63,287 nucleotides of DNA, filler included, from Octopus bimaculoides (GCF_001194135.2; 5 parts of 5 records of this genome joined end to end with filler, not necessarily neighbours in it); one strand, 5' to 3'; counted from the whole stretch's first letter, positions 35,153 to 50,410 are shown. Made by a program: numbers and translations. Notes: generated by a model not told the origin, from the sequence alone.

Positions 35153-37657
35153 ATGTGTGTGTGCGTGCGTTCGTTCGTGCGTGTATGCATGTATGTATTT
35201 ATGCATGTATGTGTGTGTGTTTATGTATGTATGTGTGTATGTTTGTATATATGCGTATAATGTCTAAATCAAATTAAAAATGAATAGATTTAAAGTGAAC
35301 GGAAATAAAATTACAGTTCAGGGCTCAGAGGTCAGATGAAAATGTCACTTTTCATTGAAATTCTTTAATTAATAGTTAAGGTAATTAAATAAATAATATT
35401 TTAAGTCTTTTATTAACTGACAATACATATCTTGTACAAACACAATGTCATTATATGTAAATATAATGACATTACACGTATATGAAAAAAAAATACGTTT
35501 TATTTATTACATCTTATGTAAACAATGACATTAAATCTCTTATTTGTTGATGTAGGAAGCAATAAATATATTGGAAACAATTCCCATAATATCGTGGCTG
35601 TATATTAAGTTTTCGTTATTGGCGTCGGAAGCAGTGTTATTTCAAAATAACATTCTGTATATATTAATTAACCTGGATATACTATGGAGAGTCATAAAAC
35701 TGTGGTATTCGTTTCAGGAAAGCATTTTGTGTAGTGTTAAAAAGCACAGAAGAATATCAGTCCTAGACGGAAAGCGTCCAGTAATAGAAGCTGAGTCTCA
35801 CAGCATGCTGTTGTTAGTGGATGCATACTAGATATGATCTGCAAATACGCAGAAATAAATCTTGATCTAGCAGTTTCATCGCCCATGCTGGACGATATTC
35901 GTCTGCTACTGTGCTCTTTAGAACTATACATCTGTACGAGATTCTGTCTTGAGACGAAAAACACAGTTGTGTGGCGTCCTACAGTATATGTCCACGTTAT
36001 TTATGTAAGATACAGAGAACGGTATTCTGTTTTCTTTTACCTGTTTCAGTCGTCTTGACTGCGGCCATGCTGGAGCACCATCTATAGTCGAATAAATCGA
36101 CTCCAGGACTTATTCTTTGTAAGCCTAGTACTTATTCTATCGGTCACTTTTGCCGAGCCGCTACGTCACGAGACACACAAATACACACAAATACACACAC
36201 ACATACACACACGCATACACANNNNNNNNNNNNNNNNNNNNNNNNNNNNNNNNNNNNNNNNNNNNNNNNNNNNNNNNNNNNNNNNNNNNNNNNNNNNNNN
36301 NNNNNNNNNNNNNNNNNNNNNNNNNNNNNNNNNNNNNNNNNNNNNNNNNNNNNNNNNNNNNNNNNNNNNNNNNNNNNNNNNNNNNNNNNNNNNNNNNNNN
36401 NNNNNNNNNNNNNNNNNNNNNNNNNNNNNNNNNNNNNNNNNNNNNNNNNNNNNNNNNNNNNNNNNNNNNNNNNNNNNNNNNNNNNNNNNNNNNNNNNNNN
36501 NNNNNNNNNNNNNNNNNNNNNNNNNNNNNNNNNNNNNNNNNNNNNNNNNNNNNNNNNNNNNNNNNNNNNNNNNNNNNNTGGGGAAGGGGCAAGTCGACTA
36601 CATTGACCCAAGTACGCAACTGTTACTTAATTTATCGACCCCGAAAGGATGAAAGGCAAAGTCGACCTCGGCGGAATTTGAACTCAGAATGTAATGGCAG
36701 ACGAAATACCGCTAAGCATTTCGCCCAGCATGGTAACGATTCTGCCAGTTCGCCGCCTTTACATACTTACATACTTAATATATACTTACATACTTAAAAC
36801 CCTCCATACAAACATACATAGATGTGTGCTTATGTGAAGTCAGGTGAGTGTGTATGTTATACGTACGTAGATATGTATACATATACCATATGCATATAGA
36901 TCCATCGCTATACATCTCTGTGCATAGTATATGCTTGACACTTTTTTCTGTATCAGGTTTTAATGATAATTTTTCTCTTTTCTTCTTTCTCCGTTCTCCT
37001 ATTGTATTTCTACAACAAAATACATTGAAGGAATCCGCTTAATTCTCCTGACATTATTTCACAGATACTGAAAGAGGTAGGAAAAAAAAAATCAAAGTTA
37101 AGAAATATTAGGAACTTTAACTTTATGTTTCGTTTCGGCAGCTGTATATTTAGTTGGTCCTATAGTTGAATCAAATAGAGCGATTTATAAGGAGAGACAA
37201 GCAATTTCGTTCCTTTAAATTTGATACTGATGAACATATCAACCTCAACATGTCAGAAAGTGTTGCTTAATCTACCAATTCTATCAAAAATGATTACGCA
37301 TAACATTTTAACTTTTTAAACATTTAATCTCTCTCCGACGAAGTATTTTGCCCGAAACGTTAGACTTCTTATCTTCGTCAGTCACACACACACACACACA
37401 CACACGCACACACACACACACACACACAAACGTGTGTGTATAATTTAATCCGCTGTTTGAACTTTTGGCATATGTATCTATACATTACGCATGTATGTAA
37501 GTATGCGAGTGTATATTTGTATGTATATGCACACACACATATACATGTGCAAATACGGATAGCATTACATATATGAGTCTGTATGGTCCCAATTATGTAA
37601 TTATATATATTGTTATGTCTTTGCAAACCAAATAATTATGTACATATGTGTGTGTGC

Positions 37658-37741
<84 letters not shown>

Positions 37742-37990
37742 CATACGCATACATATATACTTATATGCATACATATATACATACATAATACATATATGTA
37801 TATATGCACAAGAACACACACACATACAGATACACTATAGATAGATGGATAGATAGATAGATGGATAGATAGACAGATAGATAGATACTTAAATACATAC
37901 AAACACACATACATACAGACATATATACATACATATATACAAAAGTGTGTATGTGGGTATGTGTTGTGTTTGTATGTATGTGGGTGTTTG

Positions 37991-38033
<43 letters not shown>

Positions 38034-38960
38034 GATGTCTTCTCGTGTGCATATACATTTTATTACATGCTAAACTTTTGGAATGTTTCACAAATTATCT
38101 CAATTCTATTAATGGCATGTAACTGTATTTCCCTAATTAACCGTCTTCATTTTAGCTTCTCATGATTGTTACTGATATAATTTATTACATGCTTATTATA
38201 AGTCTGGGTGGAATATCTACAGATTTCGCATCATCAGTCCGCCATAACAGCCTCATCCATAATTGTCAGGAGGTACTATAATTGTGTTAATTCTCTCATC
38301 ACCTGCTGATATAGACACCTTCCTGCTCCACCTCTTACCACCTGTTGACCCTGTCGAATTTTGAGGATATGACAGCTAGAGGAATAAAGGGCAACAACAG
38401 TACTAGGCTGCGACTTCATTTCCAGCTGGGTAGACGAGATCAACATGAAATGAACGAGCCAGTGCTTTGCACAAGAATACAACCTGCCGCCCGCTTCTGG
38501 AGTTGAACTCACGACCTTACGATCGTGAGCATGATCCGCTAACCACTGGGCCTGGTGTCTTATCTTTAATATTGGTAAATTTCTAATCAAAAGTAGCTCT
38601 AATAACGTAAACATTATCGGTATATAGTATATTTGTGTGTTTTATACATCAATTTGCTGCGAGAGAGCGTTCTCTGAAAGCTCCCTACACGACGCCGAAT
38701 GATAAAGAACACTGAATGTCCCAGATCAGGTGAGACAACTCGCTCCATGGTGAGCAGGAATGATAGTTATTCGCTATAATTGTAGCTCTTCAGTACCATA
38801 ATTTCGACATATCTCGAAGCGAAATCTGGACAACTGATTTCCGTTACAGCGTATTCTTTCCGTTCTCCGTTCCATATCACCATGATTACATCTTAATAAA
38901 TTTTTGACAGAAACATTCTCCCACCAGTATTTAAACCTGTTAATACCAACCTGCCAAAAA

Positions 38961-39020
38961 CTTATGTTACAAACTTCTAGTCTTATGTTACAAACTTCTA
39001 GTCTTATGTTACAAACTTCC
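38961..39020 (+). repeat. 21-bp tandem repeat, about 3 copies
   Basis: cttatgttacaaacttctagt at 38961, 38982 and 39003. Confidence 0.9.
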
Positions 39021-39511
39021 TGTTTTAATTTTTTTTTGTAACTGAAAACCTTCCAGCAAAACTGCATTTTAATTCATATTCCAAACACCACCTCGATAAT
39101 TTCTACTTCAATATTTTCATAATCAATTAAAACAATAGCAGAGTATTTCAACAGAAATATGGTAACAAAACGATTAGTATCAGTTTCAACCTTTGGCACA
39201 AAGCTAGTAATTTCGTTGGAAGCGGTTAAGCTGATTACATTGACCGCAGTGATCAAGTGGTACTTATTTTATCGACTCCGATAGGATGAAAGACAAAGTC
39301 AACCTCGACGGAATTTCAATTGAGAACCTAAAAACGGACGAAATGCCGCTAAGCATTTTATTTGGTCGGCGCAGTAACGATTCCGTAAGTTTGCCGCCTT
39401 AACAAAAGCATTAATATTAGTCTCAAATTTTGGCACCAAGCTAGCAATTTCAGGTCTGTAAGTCGATTATATCAACCCCAGTGTTTAGCTAGTACTTATT
39501 TTATTGACTGT

Positions 39512-39893
39512 GGAGGCGCAATGGCCCAGTGGTTAGGGAAGCGGACTCACGGTCATAGGATCGCGGTTTCGATTCCCAGACCGGGCGTTATGAGTATTTA
39601 TTGAGCGAAAAAACACCTAAAACTCCACGAGGCCCCGGCAGGGGATGGTGGCGAACCCTGCTGTACTCTTTCACCATAACTTTCTCTCACTCTTACTTTC
39701 TGTTTCTGTTGTGCCTGTATTTCAAAGGGTCAGCCTTGTCACACTGTGTCACGCTGAATATCCCCGAGAACTACGTTAAGGGTACACGTGTCTGTGGAGT
39801 GCTCAGCCACTTGCACGTTAATTTCACGAGCAGGCTGTTCCGTTGATCGGATCAACTGGAATCCTCGACGTCGTAAGCGACGGAGTGTCAACG
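39512..39893 (+). mobile_element. Full-length tRNA-derived SINE: family D head plus family C body
   Basis: A-box-like TGGCCCAGTGG and B-box-like GGTTTCGATTCCC, then the family C module to ...cgacggagtgtcaac. Confidence 0.85.
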
Positions 39894-40615
39894 ACATTTT
39901 ATTGACTCTAAAAGGGGTGAAAGGCGAAGTTGACCTAGGCGGAATTTGAACTCAGAACGTAAAGACGGACAAAATGCTGTTAAGAACTTTTGCCCTGTAC
40001 AGTAACGATTTCACAAGCTCGCCGCCTTAACAAAAGGATAAATATTATGATTGAAAATAACCGCCACATCACTGTAATTTCTCATATCTATCTCTCTAGT
40101 ATAATGCTTTCTACAGATTGCATTATATAAGTTTTTGATCACAGTGTCATGCGTTATAGATAGAGAGTGTCAAGACGATATTTTCGGACAGCTGCCTATG
40201 GTGAAGGCGACATTTTGTGTTAATTTCACGGAATCTGCATTGATTGTCGTATCTAAGTATTTATTGCAGAAGCATGCCTTTTCTAACGGAGAGCTAATAT
40301 GCGGTTGTTGGTCCATGCTTATGTCACTTTGAAGTTTTGGATATAAAAAGAAATGACATGAAAATATATGAGCAAACTAGTTATGAAAAGAAGGCAGTAA
40401 GTAAGACAAGGGAAGTAAAGAATAAGAGAATGGGAGAGACGGTAGAGAGGAGAAACCAGAGAGAGAGAGAGAGCGAGAGAGAGAGAGAGAGAAGGGGAGA
40501 GAGAAAGAGAGTGGGGAGAAAGAGAGAGAGGGAGAAAGAGAGAAAGCATAGGCAGAAAGAGGGAGAAAGTGTGCTGAGACAATGGGGCGTAAGTCGAAAG
40601 GAGACTAAGCATAGG

Positions 40616-40653
<38 letters not shown>

Positions 40654-41924
40654 ACGCACACGCACGCACACACACACACATACATGCACGTACGTACACG
40701 CACGTACGCACACGCACATACACACACACACGCACACAGGCACAAGCACATACGTGTACGTTTGTGTGTGTGCGTGTGCGTATGTGTGTGCGTGCGTATG
40801 TGTGTGTTTGCGTATGTGGGTGCGTGTACGTATGGGTGTGTTTGCGCATGTGTGCGTGCGTATGTGTGTGTGTGTGTGTGAAAGAGAGAGAGAGGGTGTG
40901 TGTGCTTGTCTGTGTGTATGGATGTACATACACTTTTCACCGATACTTATCGACAAAAGGTAGAGACATCGGTAAAAGAACCAAAGGAACGGATCTCTTC
41001 AAACGAAGCGCCTGGCGATATTTGTTCCGCGCCGAGTTATATACACTCCCTTATAATTCTTACCATTAGAAATACAATCAACTAGTGACTGAGACTGCTG
41101 GGAACCTCTGATCCGTGACGTTACTGAGCATAAAATGCTTTCAATAAAAAGTCAAACATAACATTAGATATTATTAGATATTATACTTAATATTTTATTT
41201 TCTTGATGAAGGCGCGTGGCTTAGTGGTTAGGATAACTGGTTTACGATCATGAGTTATTTCCTTGAGTAAGAAACTTTATTTCACGTTACTCCAGTCCAC
41301 TCAGCTGGCGATAATGAGTAGTACCTGTAATTGAAAGGGCCGGCCTTGTCACATTCTGTGTCACGCTGAATCTCCTTCAGAACTACGTTAAAGTTACGCG
41401 TGTCTGTGGAGTACTCAGCCACTTGCACGGTAATTTCACGATCCGGCTGTTCCGTTGATCAGATCAACTGGAACCCTCGTCGTCGTAACCGACGGAGTGC
41501 GGAGTGCCCGTTTATATTCTTGTCTTTGTTGTTTAGCCCATGGTCAATCCTGACTGAACAGACATTCTTGTGGTCATGATCTGCCAGTCTAGCCGTTTCA
41601 AATTAAAGATGGCGTCTCTATGTGACCACTTGATCTCCTTTAAAAAAAACCCCAGCTAAATTCACATCACTCACTATGGTGGGGAGAACTGCAAACAACC
41701 TTAGGATGTACAAAGAGATGGTATGGTCACGTCTGGAATACCCTTGATCATAGGTCTGTTGAATCAAGGTCGCCAAGGACTAAACAGTAGCAACAACCAC
41801 AACGCAGTGACTGCCCTTGCCTTTATTCAAATATAATGCATCTACAACCTCGTGTCATGGGAAGGTCATTACTATAGTAGTGGTAGTGGTAGTGGTAGTA
41901 GTAATAGTAGTACTAGTAGTAGTG

Positions 41925-41979
<55 letters not shown>

Positions 41980-42205
41980 TGATGATGATGATAATACTCT
42001 TTTACTGTTCTACTTGTTTCAGTCATTTGACTGCGGCNNNNNNNNNNNNNNNNNNNNNNNNNNNNNNNNNNNNNNNNNNNNNNNNNNNNNNNNNNNNNNN
42101 NNNNNNNNNNNNNNNNNNNNNNNNNNNNNNNNNNNNNNNNNNNNNNNNNNNNNNNNNNNNNNNNNNNNGCATCGGTTGTCAAGCAATGCTAGGGGGACAA
42201 ACACA

Positions 42206-42280
<75 letters not shown>

Positions 42281-44994
42281 TTATTTATTTATTTATGTGT
42301 TTCAGCCAAGTGGCGGCGGTCATGCTGGTGCACCAACTATTATTTCTAGCATGTTGAACGACGATGCAGACGCACCATCGTGGGCGGCTTTTGAGATCCG
42401 GATAAGATGGAAGTTCTTTAAATTCTTTGACACCAACATCACCATCCAAAAAAATGGACCATAGACATACTTCGTTAGTCTCAGAAATACCTCTAACTGA
42501 AACTAAATCTTAGCATTATTGGTATTATATCACTCAAATCTTGACGGCGCTTCAACAGAATGTTTCTTCCAGATTCCGATCGTTAAAGAATAGGATACAT
42601 TACAGATTGTGTATCCAAACCTAATTCTTTTCTGGTTTCTTTCTTCCGCTGCCAAATCCCCTCCCTCTTTCCGAATCATCACCGCCAAACGCGCACACAC
42701 TCTTACATACAAGCATACGTTTGCCACATATTGCTGAATATCTATGCAAACGCATAGGCCTTTTTACAAAGCTTCTTCAATCTCCACCCCCTCTCACTCT
42801 CACTCTCACTCTCACTCTTTCTTAGGCACACACATGAATACACGCACGCGCACATACACATCCGATCTTCGTTACCCACACTTTTACTTAGCCATAAAAT
42901 TATTATACGGCTGTGCGGTAAGTAGCTTGCTTACCAACCACACGGTTCCGGGTTCAGTCCCATTGGGTGGTACCTTGGGCAAGTGTCTTCTACTATAGCC
43001 TCAGGCCGACCAAAGCCTTGTGAATAGATTTGGTAGACGGAAACTGAAAGAAGCCCATCGTGTATATATATATATATATATATNNNNNNNNNNNNNNNNN
43101 NNNNNNNNNNNNNNNNNNNNNNNNNNNNNNNNNNNNNNNNNNNNNNNNNNNNNNNNNNNNNNNNNNNNNNNNNNNNNNNNNNNNNNNNNNNNNNNNNNNN
43201 NNNNNNNNNNNNNNNNNNNNNNNNNNNNNNNNNNNNNNNNNNNNNNNNNNNNNNNNNNNNNNNNNNNNNNNNNNNNNNNNNNNNNNNNNNNNNNNNNNNN
43301 NNNNNNNNNNNNNNNNNNNNNNNNNNNNNNNNNNNNNNNNNNNNNNNNNNNNNNNNNNNNNNNNNNNNNNNNNNNNNNNNNNNNNNNNNNNNNNNNNNNN
43401 NNNNNNNNNNNNNNNNNNNNNNNNNNNNNNNNNNNNNNNNNNNNNNNNNNNNNNNNNNNNNNNNNNNNNNNNNNNNNNNNNNNNNNNNNNNNNNNNNNNN
43501 NNNNNNNNNNNNNNNNNNNNNNNNNNNNNNNNNNNNNNNNNNNNNNNNNNNNNNNNNNNNNNNNNNNNNNNNNNNNNNNNNNNNNNNNNNNNNNNNNNNN
43601 NNNNNNNNNNNNNNNNNNNNNNNNNNNNNNNNNNNNNNNNNNNNNNNNNNNNNNNNNNNNNNNNNNNNNNNNNNNNNNNNNNNNNNNNNNNNNNNNNNNN
43701 NNNNNNNNNNNNNNNNNNNNNNNNNNNNNNNNNNNNNNNNNNNNNNNNNNNNNNNNNNNNNNNNNNNNNNNNNNNNNNNNNNNNNNNNNNNNNNNNNNNN
43801 NNNNNNNNNNNNNNNNNNNNNNNNNNNNNNNNNNNNNNNNNNNNNNNNNNNNNNNNNNNNNNNNNNNNNNNNNNNNNNNNNNNNNNNNNNNNNNNNNNNN
43901 NNNNNNNNNNATATATATATATATATATATATACGTATATATATACATTCAGAGATACATATATACACACATATATACATATATACACATATAAGCATAT
44001 ATACATACAAACACACACACACGCACACACACACACGTTACATACATATATGTTTATATATGTGTGTATGTGTGTATCAATATTCTTGAAATGTGCATTT
44101 TAACAATATTGAAGGACATACATTTTAATATTTCGTGCGTATGCACAAAATATCCACTGATTTTAGAGCTCCATAGTTACCATATAACATTCAACTCCGA
44201 TATTTTGCTTACTTTAATGGAAGTATCAAAGGAGAAAAATACATGACATTGTATAAAGTTTATAATTAGCTATAACGAATGTTAAAAACCATATATTAGA
44301 AGAGCTAGAAAAAAAAATATCATTGATATTTTAAAATCAATGAATAGGACTACATTATTTTATGTAGATATAAAAGACGGCTTGAATGACGAGGTAAACG
44401 ATGTTTGATGAATCTTTAATGAAAACACGAAACTAGTCAGTTCGATCCGCATTTCAAATTGCCGCCATGCTAATGTTATTTATCAGCAGATTCTATTTTC
44501 ATGTCTTCCATGTACATGAGGATTTTATCGAAATTTATGCAAAAGCTGGGATAACATTTTTATTGACTAACATAAGTCGTTCAAATTATACACGTTGGTA
44601 GAGTGAGTAAGTAACTGCTCCTCTATACAAAGATGGAATTCAACTTTGTCTCCATCACAAGCGATGTGTTTGCGTTATCGTTGAACTCAACTTTTGAAAC
44701 TTCTTTGCAAAAGATTCAGGTGTCCCTTTTGTCCTTGCTTCCTCAGAGCTATTTTCACCTCGTCTGCATCATCAAACTATTGTATATATATTTATATATA
44801 GGCGGCGCGCTTGCAGAATCTTTAGCACGCCGGGTGAAATGCATAGCGGTATTTCGTCCGTCTACACGTTATGAGTTCATATTCTGCCAAGGTCGACTTT
44901 ACCAGTTATCCTTTCGGGGTTGATAAAATGAGTAACAGTTGAGCACTAGGGTCGATTTAATCGACTTGAGTAAGAGTATAAAAAAAAACTCTAC

Positions 44995-45140
44995 CCCTTA
45001 GACAAGCCATGACGAACCAGTGTGGCAGTATAGGTTCATCCAACCAGTATAATCTGAAACTCGAATTCACGGCCTCCACATCAGACCGTGGCTGGCGGAG
45101 AGAATGCTGAGGCCTTCGTCCAGCAGTGGACTGAATACAG
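44995..45140 (+). mobile_element. RTE LINE extreme 3' end
   Basis: SDRGWR...EAFVQQWT resembles the RTE terminal A.DR..WR...EAYVQQWT motif. Confidence 0.65.
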
Positions 45141-45832
45141 NNNNNNNNNNNNNNNNNNNNNNNNNNNNNNNNNNNNNNNNNNNNNNNNNNNNNNNNNNNN
45201 NNNNNNNNNNNNNNNNNNNNNNNNNNNNNNNNNNNNNNNNNNNNNNNNNNNNNNNNNNNNNNNNNNNNNNNNNNNNNNNNNNNNNNNNNNNNNNNNNNNN
45301 NNNNNNNNNNNNNNNNNNNNNNNNNNNNNNNNNNNNNNNNNNNNNNNNNNNNNNNNNNNNNNNNNNNNNNNNNNNNNNNNNNNNNNNNNNNNNNNNNNNN
45401 NNNNNNNNNNNNNNNNNNNNNNNNNNNNNNNNNNNNNNNNNNNNNNNNNNNNNNNNNNNNNNNNNNNNNNNNNNNNNNNNNNNNNNNNNNNNNNNNNNNN
45501 NNNNNNNNNNNNNNNNNNNNNNNNNNNNNNNNNNNNNNNNNNNNNNNNNNNNNNNNNNNNNNNNNNNNNNNNNNNNNNNNNNNNNNNNNNNNNNNNNNNN
45601 NNNNNNNNNNNNNNNNNNNNNNNNNNNNNNNNNNNNNNNNNNNNNNNNNNNNNNNNNNNNNNNNNNNNNNNNNNNNNNNNNNNNNNNNNNNNNNNNNNNN
45701 NNNNNNNNNNNNNNNNNNNNNNNNNNNNNNNNNNNNNNNNNNNNNNNNNNNNNNNNNNNNNNNNNNNNNNNNNNNNNNNNNNNNNNNNNNNNNNNNNNNN
45801 NNNNNNNNNNNNNNNNNNNNNNNNNNNNNNNN

Positions 45833-45907
<75 letters not shown>

Positions 45908-46123
45908 CTGAATGCATATGCATGTAAATATATATATTTTACATGCATATGCATTCACACACGCACACGCACACGTACGTGCTTCACATAAATGTACATA
46001 TAACGACTCATTTATACATACGAACATTTTACAAACACACACGCAAAGAACACAACGCATTCACACGTATACACACACGCATGTATATACATGCTCAGAC
46101 ACATAACCACGCACGACTCAACA

Positions 46124-46166
<43 letters not shown>

Positions 46167-46702
46167 TCCCCCCCACAACACATTCACTGGCATTTACCAA
46201 CATTCAGACATACTACTCACAGGCACACACAGATGGTATCAAAGCAAAAGGGAAGCTGTAGAAATATTCAGATTGATCGTTTCAAGTCGTGATTGCACGC
46301 AACTATTTTGCCAGACCATCTTTTTGACCTGATATCTCATGCTAACATGTTAACGAGATCTCTGTCCTCCACATCTCATAAATCGCTAGAAGCTTCCATT
46401 GTTTTTCATAAGCTCAGCATTCATCTTTGATCTTTCAAGATTCTAGCTGTCAAGAAACGGTATCCTTAAGAAACATTCTTCGTATCATTTGGAAACGGTA
46501 TTTGCGGTTCCATTTCTAAGGACTTCTACTTTTCATCTAACTTGAAGTGTACATACTCGCTATGTTCCAGTATAGCTGCGTGGTTAAGAAGCTTAGCTTT
46601 CATGCCATGCACTCCTGCGTTCGATTTCACTATCCGCCACTTTTTCGGTGAATTAAACAAGCCAATACAGGTTTCCAAGCGGTGGAGAAATAGACACAAA
46701 GG

Positions 46703-46734
<32 letters not shown>

Positions 46735-47214
46735 NNNNNNNNNNNNNNNNNNNNNNNNNNNNNNNNNNNNNNNNNNNNNNNNNNNNNNNNNNNNNNNNNN
46801 NNNNNNNNNNNNNNNNNNNNNNNNNNNNNNNNNNNNNNNNNNNNNNNNNNNNNNNNNNNNNNNNNNNNNNNNNNNNNNNNNNNNNNNNNNNNNNNNNNNN
46901 NNNNNNNNNNNNNNNNNNNNNNNNNNNNNNNNNNNNNNNNNNNNNNNNNNNNNNNNNNNNNNNNNNNNNNNNNNNNNNNNNNNNNNNNNNNNNNNNNNNN
47001 NNNNNNNNNNNNNNNNNNNNNNNNNNNNNNNNNNNNNNNNNNNNNNNNNNNNNNNNNNNNNNNNNNNNNNNNNNNNNNNNNNNNNNNNNNNNNNNNNNNN
47101 NNNNNNNNNNNNNNNNNNNNNNNNNNNNNNNNNNNNNNNNNNNNNNNNNNNNNNNNNNCCCCAAGGTATCATTCGGTCCATGGTATCTTAGCATTTTTTT
47201 TCTTTTCACACGAG

Positions 47215-48125
47215 ACCATGACACTGTAGATGATAGAGCATCGCATGCTTGCCTACAACAGTTACGTGAAGAATAACGAGTCTACCACAAGAGTTCAGCG
47301 TGAGTTTCGGCGTCACTTCAACATTCACCGAAATCAGGCTGTTCCCACCCGTAACACAATCTTACCTTGGGTGAAGGCACTTCGTGCACGATTACACTAA
47401 TGAATAGGAAACCGGTGGGGGCGCCACGAACGGTACGGATCCCGGAAAATGTAGAACGCGTAAGACAAGCTTTGATATGGGTCCGAATCGCCCTGCTCGG
47501 AGGCATTCCACTGAAGATGGCATCGGTAATCGATCGGTAAGGCGTATTTTGCATGAAGACTTGCATTTCCAGCCGTACAAATTGGTCACTGGGCAACAGT
47601 TGATACCATGGGACTATGCACAGCGGCTTCACTTCGCATGTCAGATGGAAGCAATTTTTGAGGCAAATGACAACCTCATTTTGTTAATGACTGATGAAAC
47701 TCATTATCATCTCACTGACATAGTGAATCAACAGAACTGTCGTTATTAGGCTCTTGAAAATCCGAGACCACTGCACAGCCTAAAAGTGACGGTCTGGTGT
47801 GCTGTTGGAAAAGCTGCCGTCATTGGTCCTTACATTTCTAAAGACAATAATGGAAATGGTGTTACTGCAAACTCCGAGCGTTACATCGAAATGATAAACA
47901 ACTTCTTTGTGCCTGAATTACGACGAAAACGTATGCCCATTCGATGTGTGTGGTTTCAGCAGGATGGGGCGACGGCCCACAGAGTCAGAGCATCAATGGA
48001 CGTTCTTTGTCCTCGTGTCGGTGACCGCCTCATTTCCAGGTTTGCTGACATTCCTTGGCAACCCCTCGGTCCCCTGATTTGTCCATGTATGATTATTTCT
48101 TGTGGAGAAACCTCAAGGCACGTGT
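47215..48125 (+). mobile_element. Decayed Tc1/mariner transposase, DD41D (rosa) type; ends lost in gaps
   Basis: TDETH, KVTVWCAV, WFQQDGATAH and PRSPDLSMYDYFLW. Correcting one frameshift gives 41 residues between the second and third catalytic Asp. In-frame stops are present. Confidence 0.9.
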
Positions 48126-49591
48126 NNNNNNNNNNNNNNNNNNNNNNNNNNNNNNNNNNNNNNNNNNNNNNNNNNNNNNNNNNNNNNNNNNNNNNNNNNN
48201 NNNNNNNNNNNNNNNNNNNNNNNNNNNNNNNNNNNNNNNNNNNNNNNNNNNNNNNNNNNNNNNNNNNNNNNNNNNNNNNNNNNNNNNNNNNNNNNNNNNN
48301 NNNNNNNNNNNNNNNNNNNNNNNNNNNNNNNNNNNNNNNNNNNNNNNNNNNNNNNNNNNNNNNNNNNNNNNNNNNNNNNNNNNNNNNNNNNNNNNNNNNN
48401 NNNNNNNNNNNNNNNNNNNNNNNNNNNNNNNNNNNNNNNNNNNNNNNNNNNNNNNNNNNNNNNNNNNNNNNNNNNNNNNNNNNNNNNNNNNNNNNNNNNN
48501 NNNNNNNNNNNNNNNNNNNNNNNNNNNNNNNNNNNNNNNNNNNNNNNNNNNNNNNNNNNNNNNNNNNNNNNNNNNNNNNNNNNNNNNNNNNNNNNNNNNN
48601 NNNNNNNNNNNNNNNNNNNNNNNNNNNNNNNNNNNNNNNNNNNNNNNNNNNNNNNNNNNNNNNNNNNNNNNNNNNNNNNNNNNNNNNNNNNNNNNNNNNN
48701 NNNNNNNNNNNNNNNNNNNNNNNAAACATTGATATAGACTCTAAAGACTGATTTGTTTTTTCGAACAAAGAACATCGAGACATTTGTTCTCCATCAAATT
48801 GCAGACACTCTCATGTCTTGTTCACAGAAGTGCATTGACTCATTCAAAACCTACAATGCACAGCTCAACGACGCTATTTTTCGCAACTGCTTTCTATATA
48901 TATATATATAGCGTGTGAATTCAAGTAAATAATCAATTCAAATAAACGGATAAAATTAACGGACAACAAGGAGACGTGCACCAGAAATGTATTAGCTAGA
49001 CGTTCAGTAAATAAAAGAGAGTTTGACGTTTCGAGCATAGCTCATTGTCGGAAAGGAGAAAGTGAAAAGTCCAAAAGAAGGAAAAGAAATCGCCAACAGC
49101 ACGTGTATGTAATTACATTGCTGAAGTGTACACACACACACACATTCTTATATATACCGAATAGTTTACAGAAGGCTGATGTATTTCAACATATTACTAG
49201 GTCAGAGAATCGTCTTCGCTCGCACTAAGTAGAGCCAATAAGGTGTGTCTAGTGATGGGCATATTTCTTTTTCGGTATCTACTTTATAACTCCGGTGGTG
49301 TGGGCTGTTCGGACAGTTAGTCTTAGCAGATATTATTGTGTGTTGCACTTGGCTTAATACGAACTGCAGACCTATCAGACACATATCAGGATATCAGGAT
49401 ATCTACTCTCTAATGTATATGAACGGTATGTTATATGTATATTATTTATATACACAGTATATACATACATGCATACATACACACACACACATACCTATAT
49501 ATATACAGCGATACAGTAAGATAATATATATATCATAAATTGCACATAAATATATATGATAATCATATATATAAATACATAGTTGAATACA

Positions 49592-49628
<37 letters not shown>

Positions 49629-50224
49629 NNNNNNNNNNNNNNNNNNNNNNNNNNNNNNNNNNNNNNNNNNNNNNNNNNNNNNNNNNNNNNNNNNNNNNNN
49701 NNNNNNNNNNNNNNNNNNNNNNNNNNNNNNNNNNNNNNNNNNNNNNNNNNNNNNNNNNNNNNNNNNNNNNNNNNNNNNNNNNNNNNNNNNNNNNNNNNNN
49801 NNNNNNNNNNNNNNNNNNNNNNNNNNNNNNNNNNNNNNNNNNNNNNNNNNNNNNNNNNNNNNNNNNNNNNNNNNNNNNNNNNNNNNNNNNNNNNNNNNNN
49901 NNNNNNNNNNNNNNNNNNNNNNNNNNNNNNNNNNNNNNNNNNNNNNNNNNNNNNNNNNNNNNNNNNNNNNNNNNNNNNNNNNNNNNNNNNNNNNNNNNNN
50001 NNNNNNNNNNNNNNATATATATATATATATATATACACATACATATATATACATATATAATGTATATATGTACATATATATAAAAACATACGTGCATACA
50101 TACACACACATACATATACATATATGCGCGGGTTGGGGGAGAGAACAGAGAGAACAAAAAAATAGAGAATATGAGGGAGAGAGGGGGAGAAAGAGAAAGT
50201 GAGAGAGAGATAGAGATAGATAGC

Positions 50225-50300
<76 letters not shown>

Positions 50301-50308
50301 GATAGAGG

Positions 50309-50339
<31 letters not shown>

Positions 50340-50341
50340 AT

Positions 50342-50410
<69 letters not shown>

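Noticed and set aside
35571-36058. Unique-looking sequence with three short overlapping ORFs
   Set aside because: After the best acceptor (gtttcag) all frames close quickly, and there is no recognisable motif.
38640-38736. CpG-containing segment ending in a strong plus-strand CAG|gtgaga donor
   Set aside because: Isolated motif without a matching downstream exon; cannot be supported without transcripts.
39524-39585. tRNA-like sequences with A and B boxes (here and at other SINE heads)
   Set aside because: No complete cloverleaf, and each continues into a SINE body, so they are SINE heads and not tRNA genes.
42360-42500. Minus-strand open stretch VRGISETNEVCLWSIFLDGDVGVKEFKELPSYPDLKSRPR with plausible splice sites
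   Set aside because: No recognisable family. The plus strand (KFFDTNITIQKNG) looks more like a decayed Penelope-type RT.
46460-46469. Plus-strand GTATCCTTAA, a second U12-like donor
   Set aside because: No convincing upstream exon (stops in all frames nearby, weak acceptor) and no partner branch site identified. An 8-mer match is expected by chance in a window this size.
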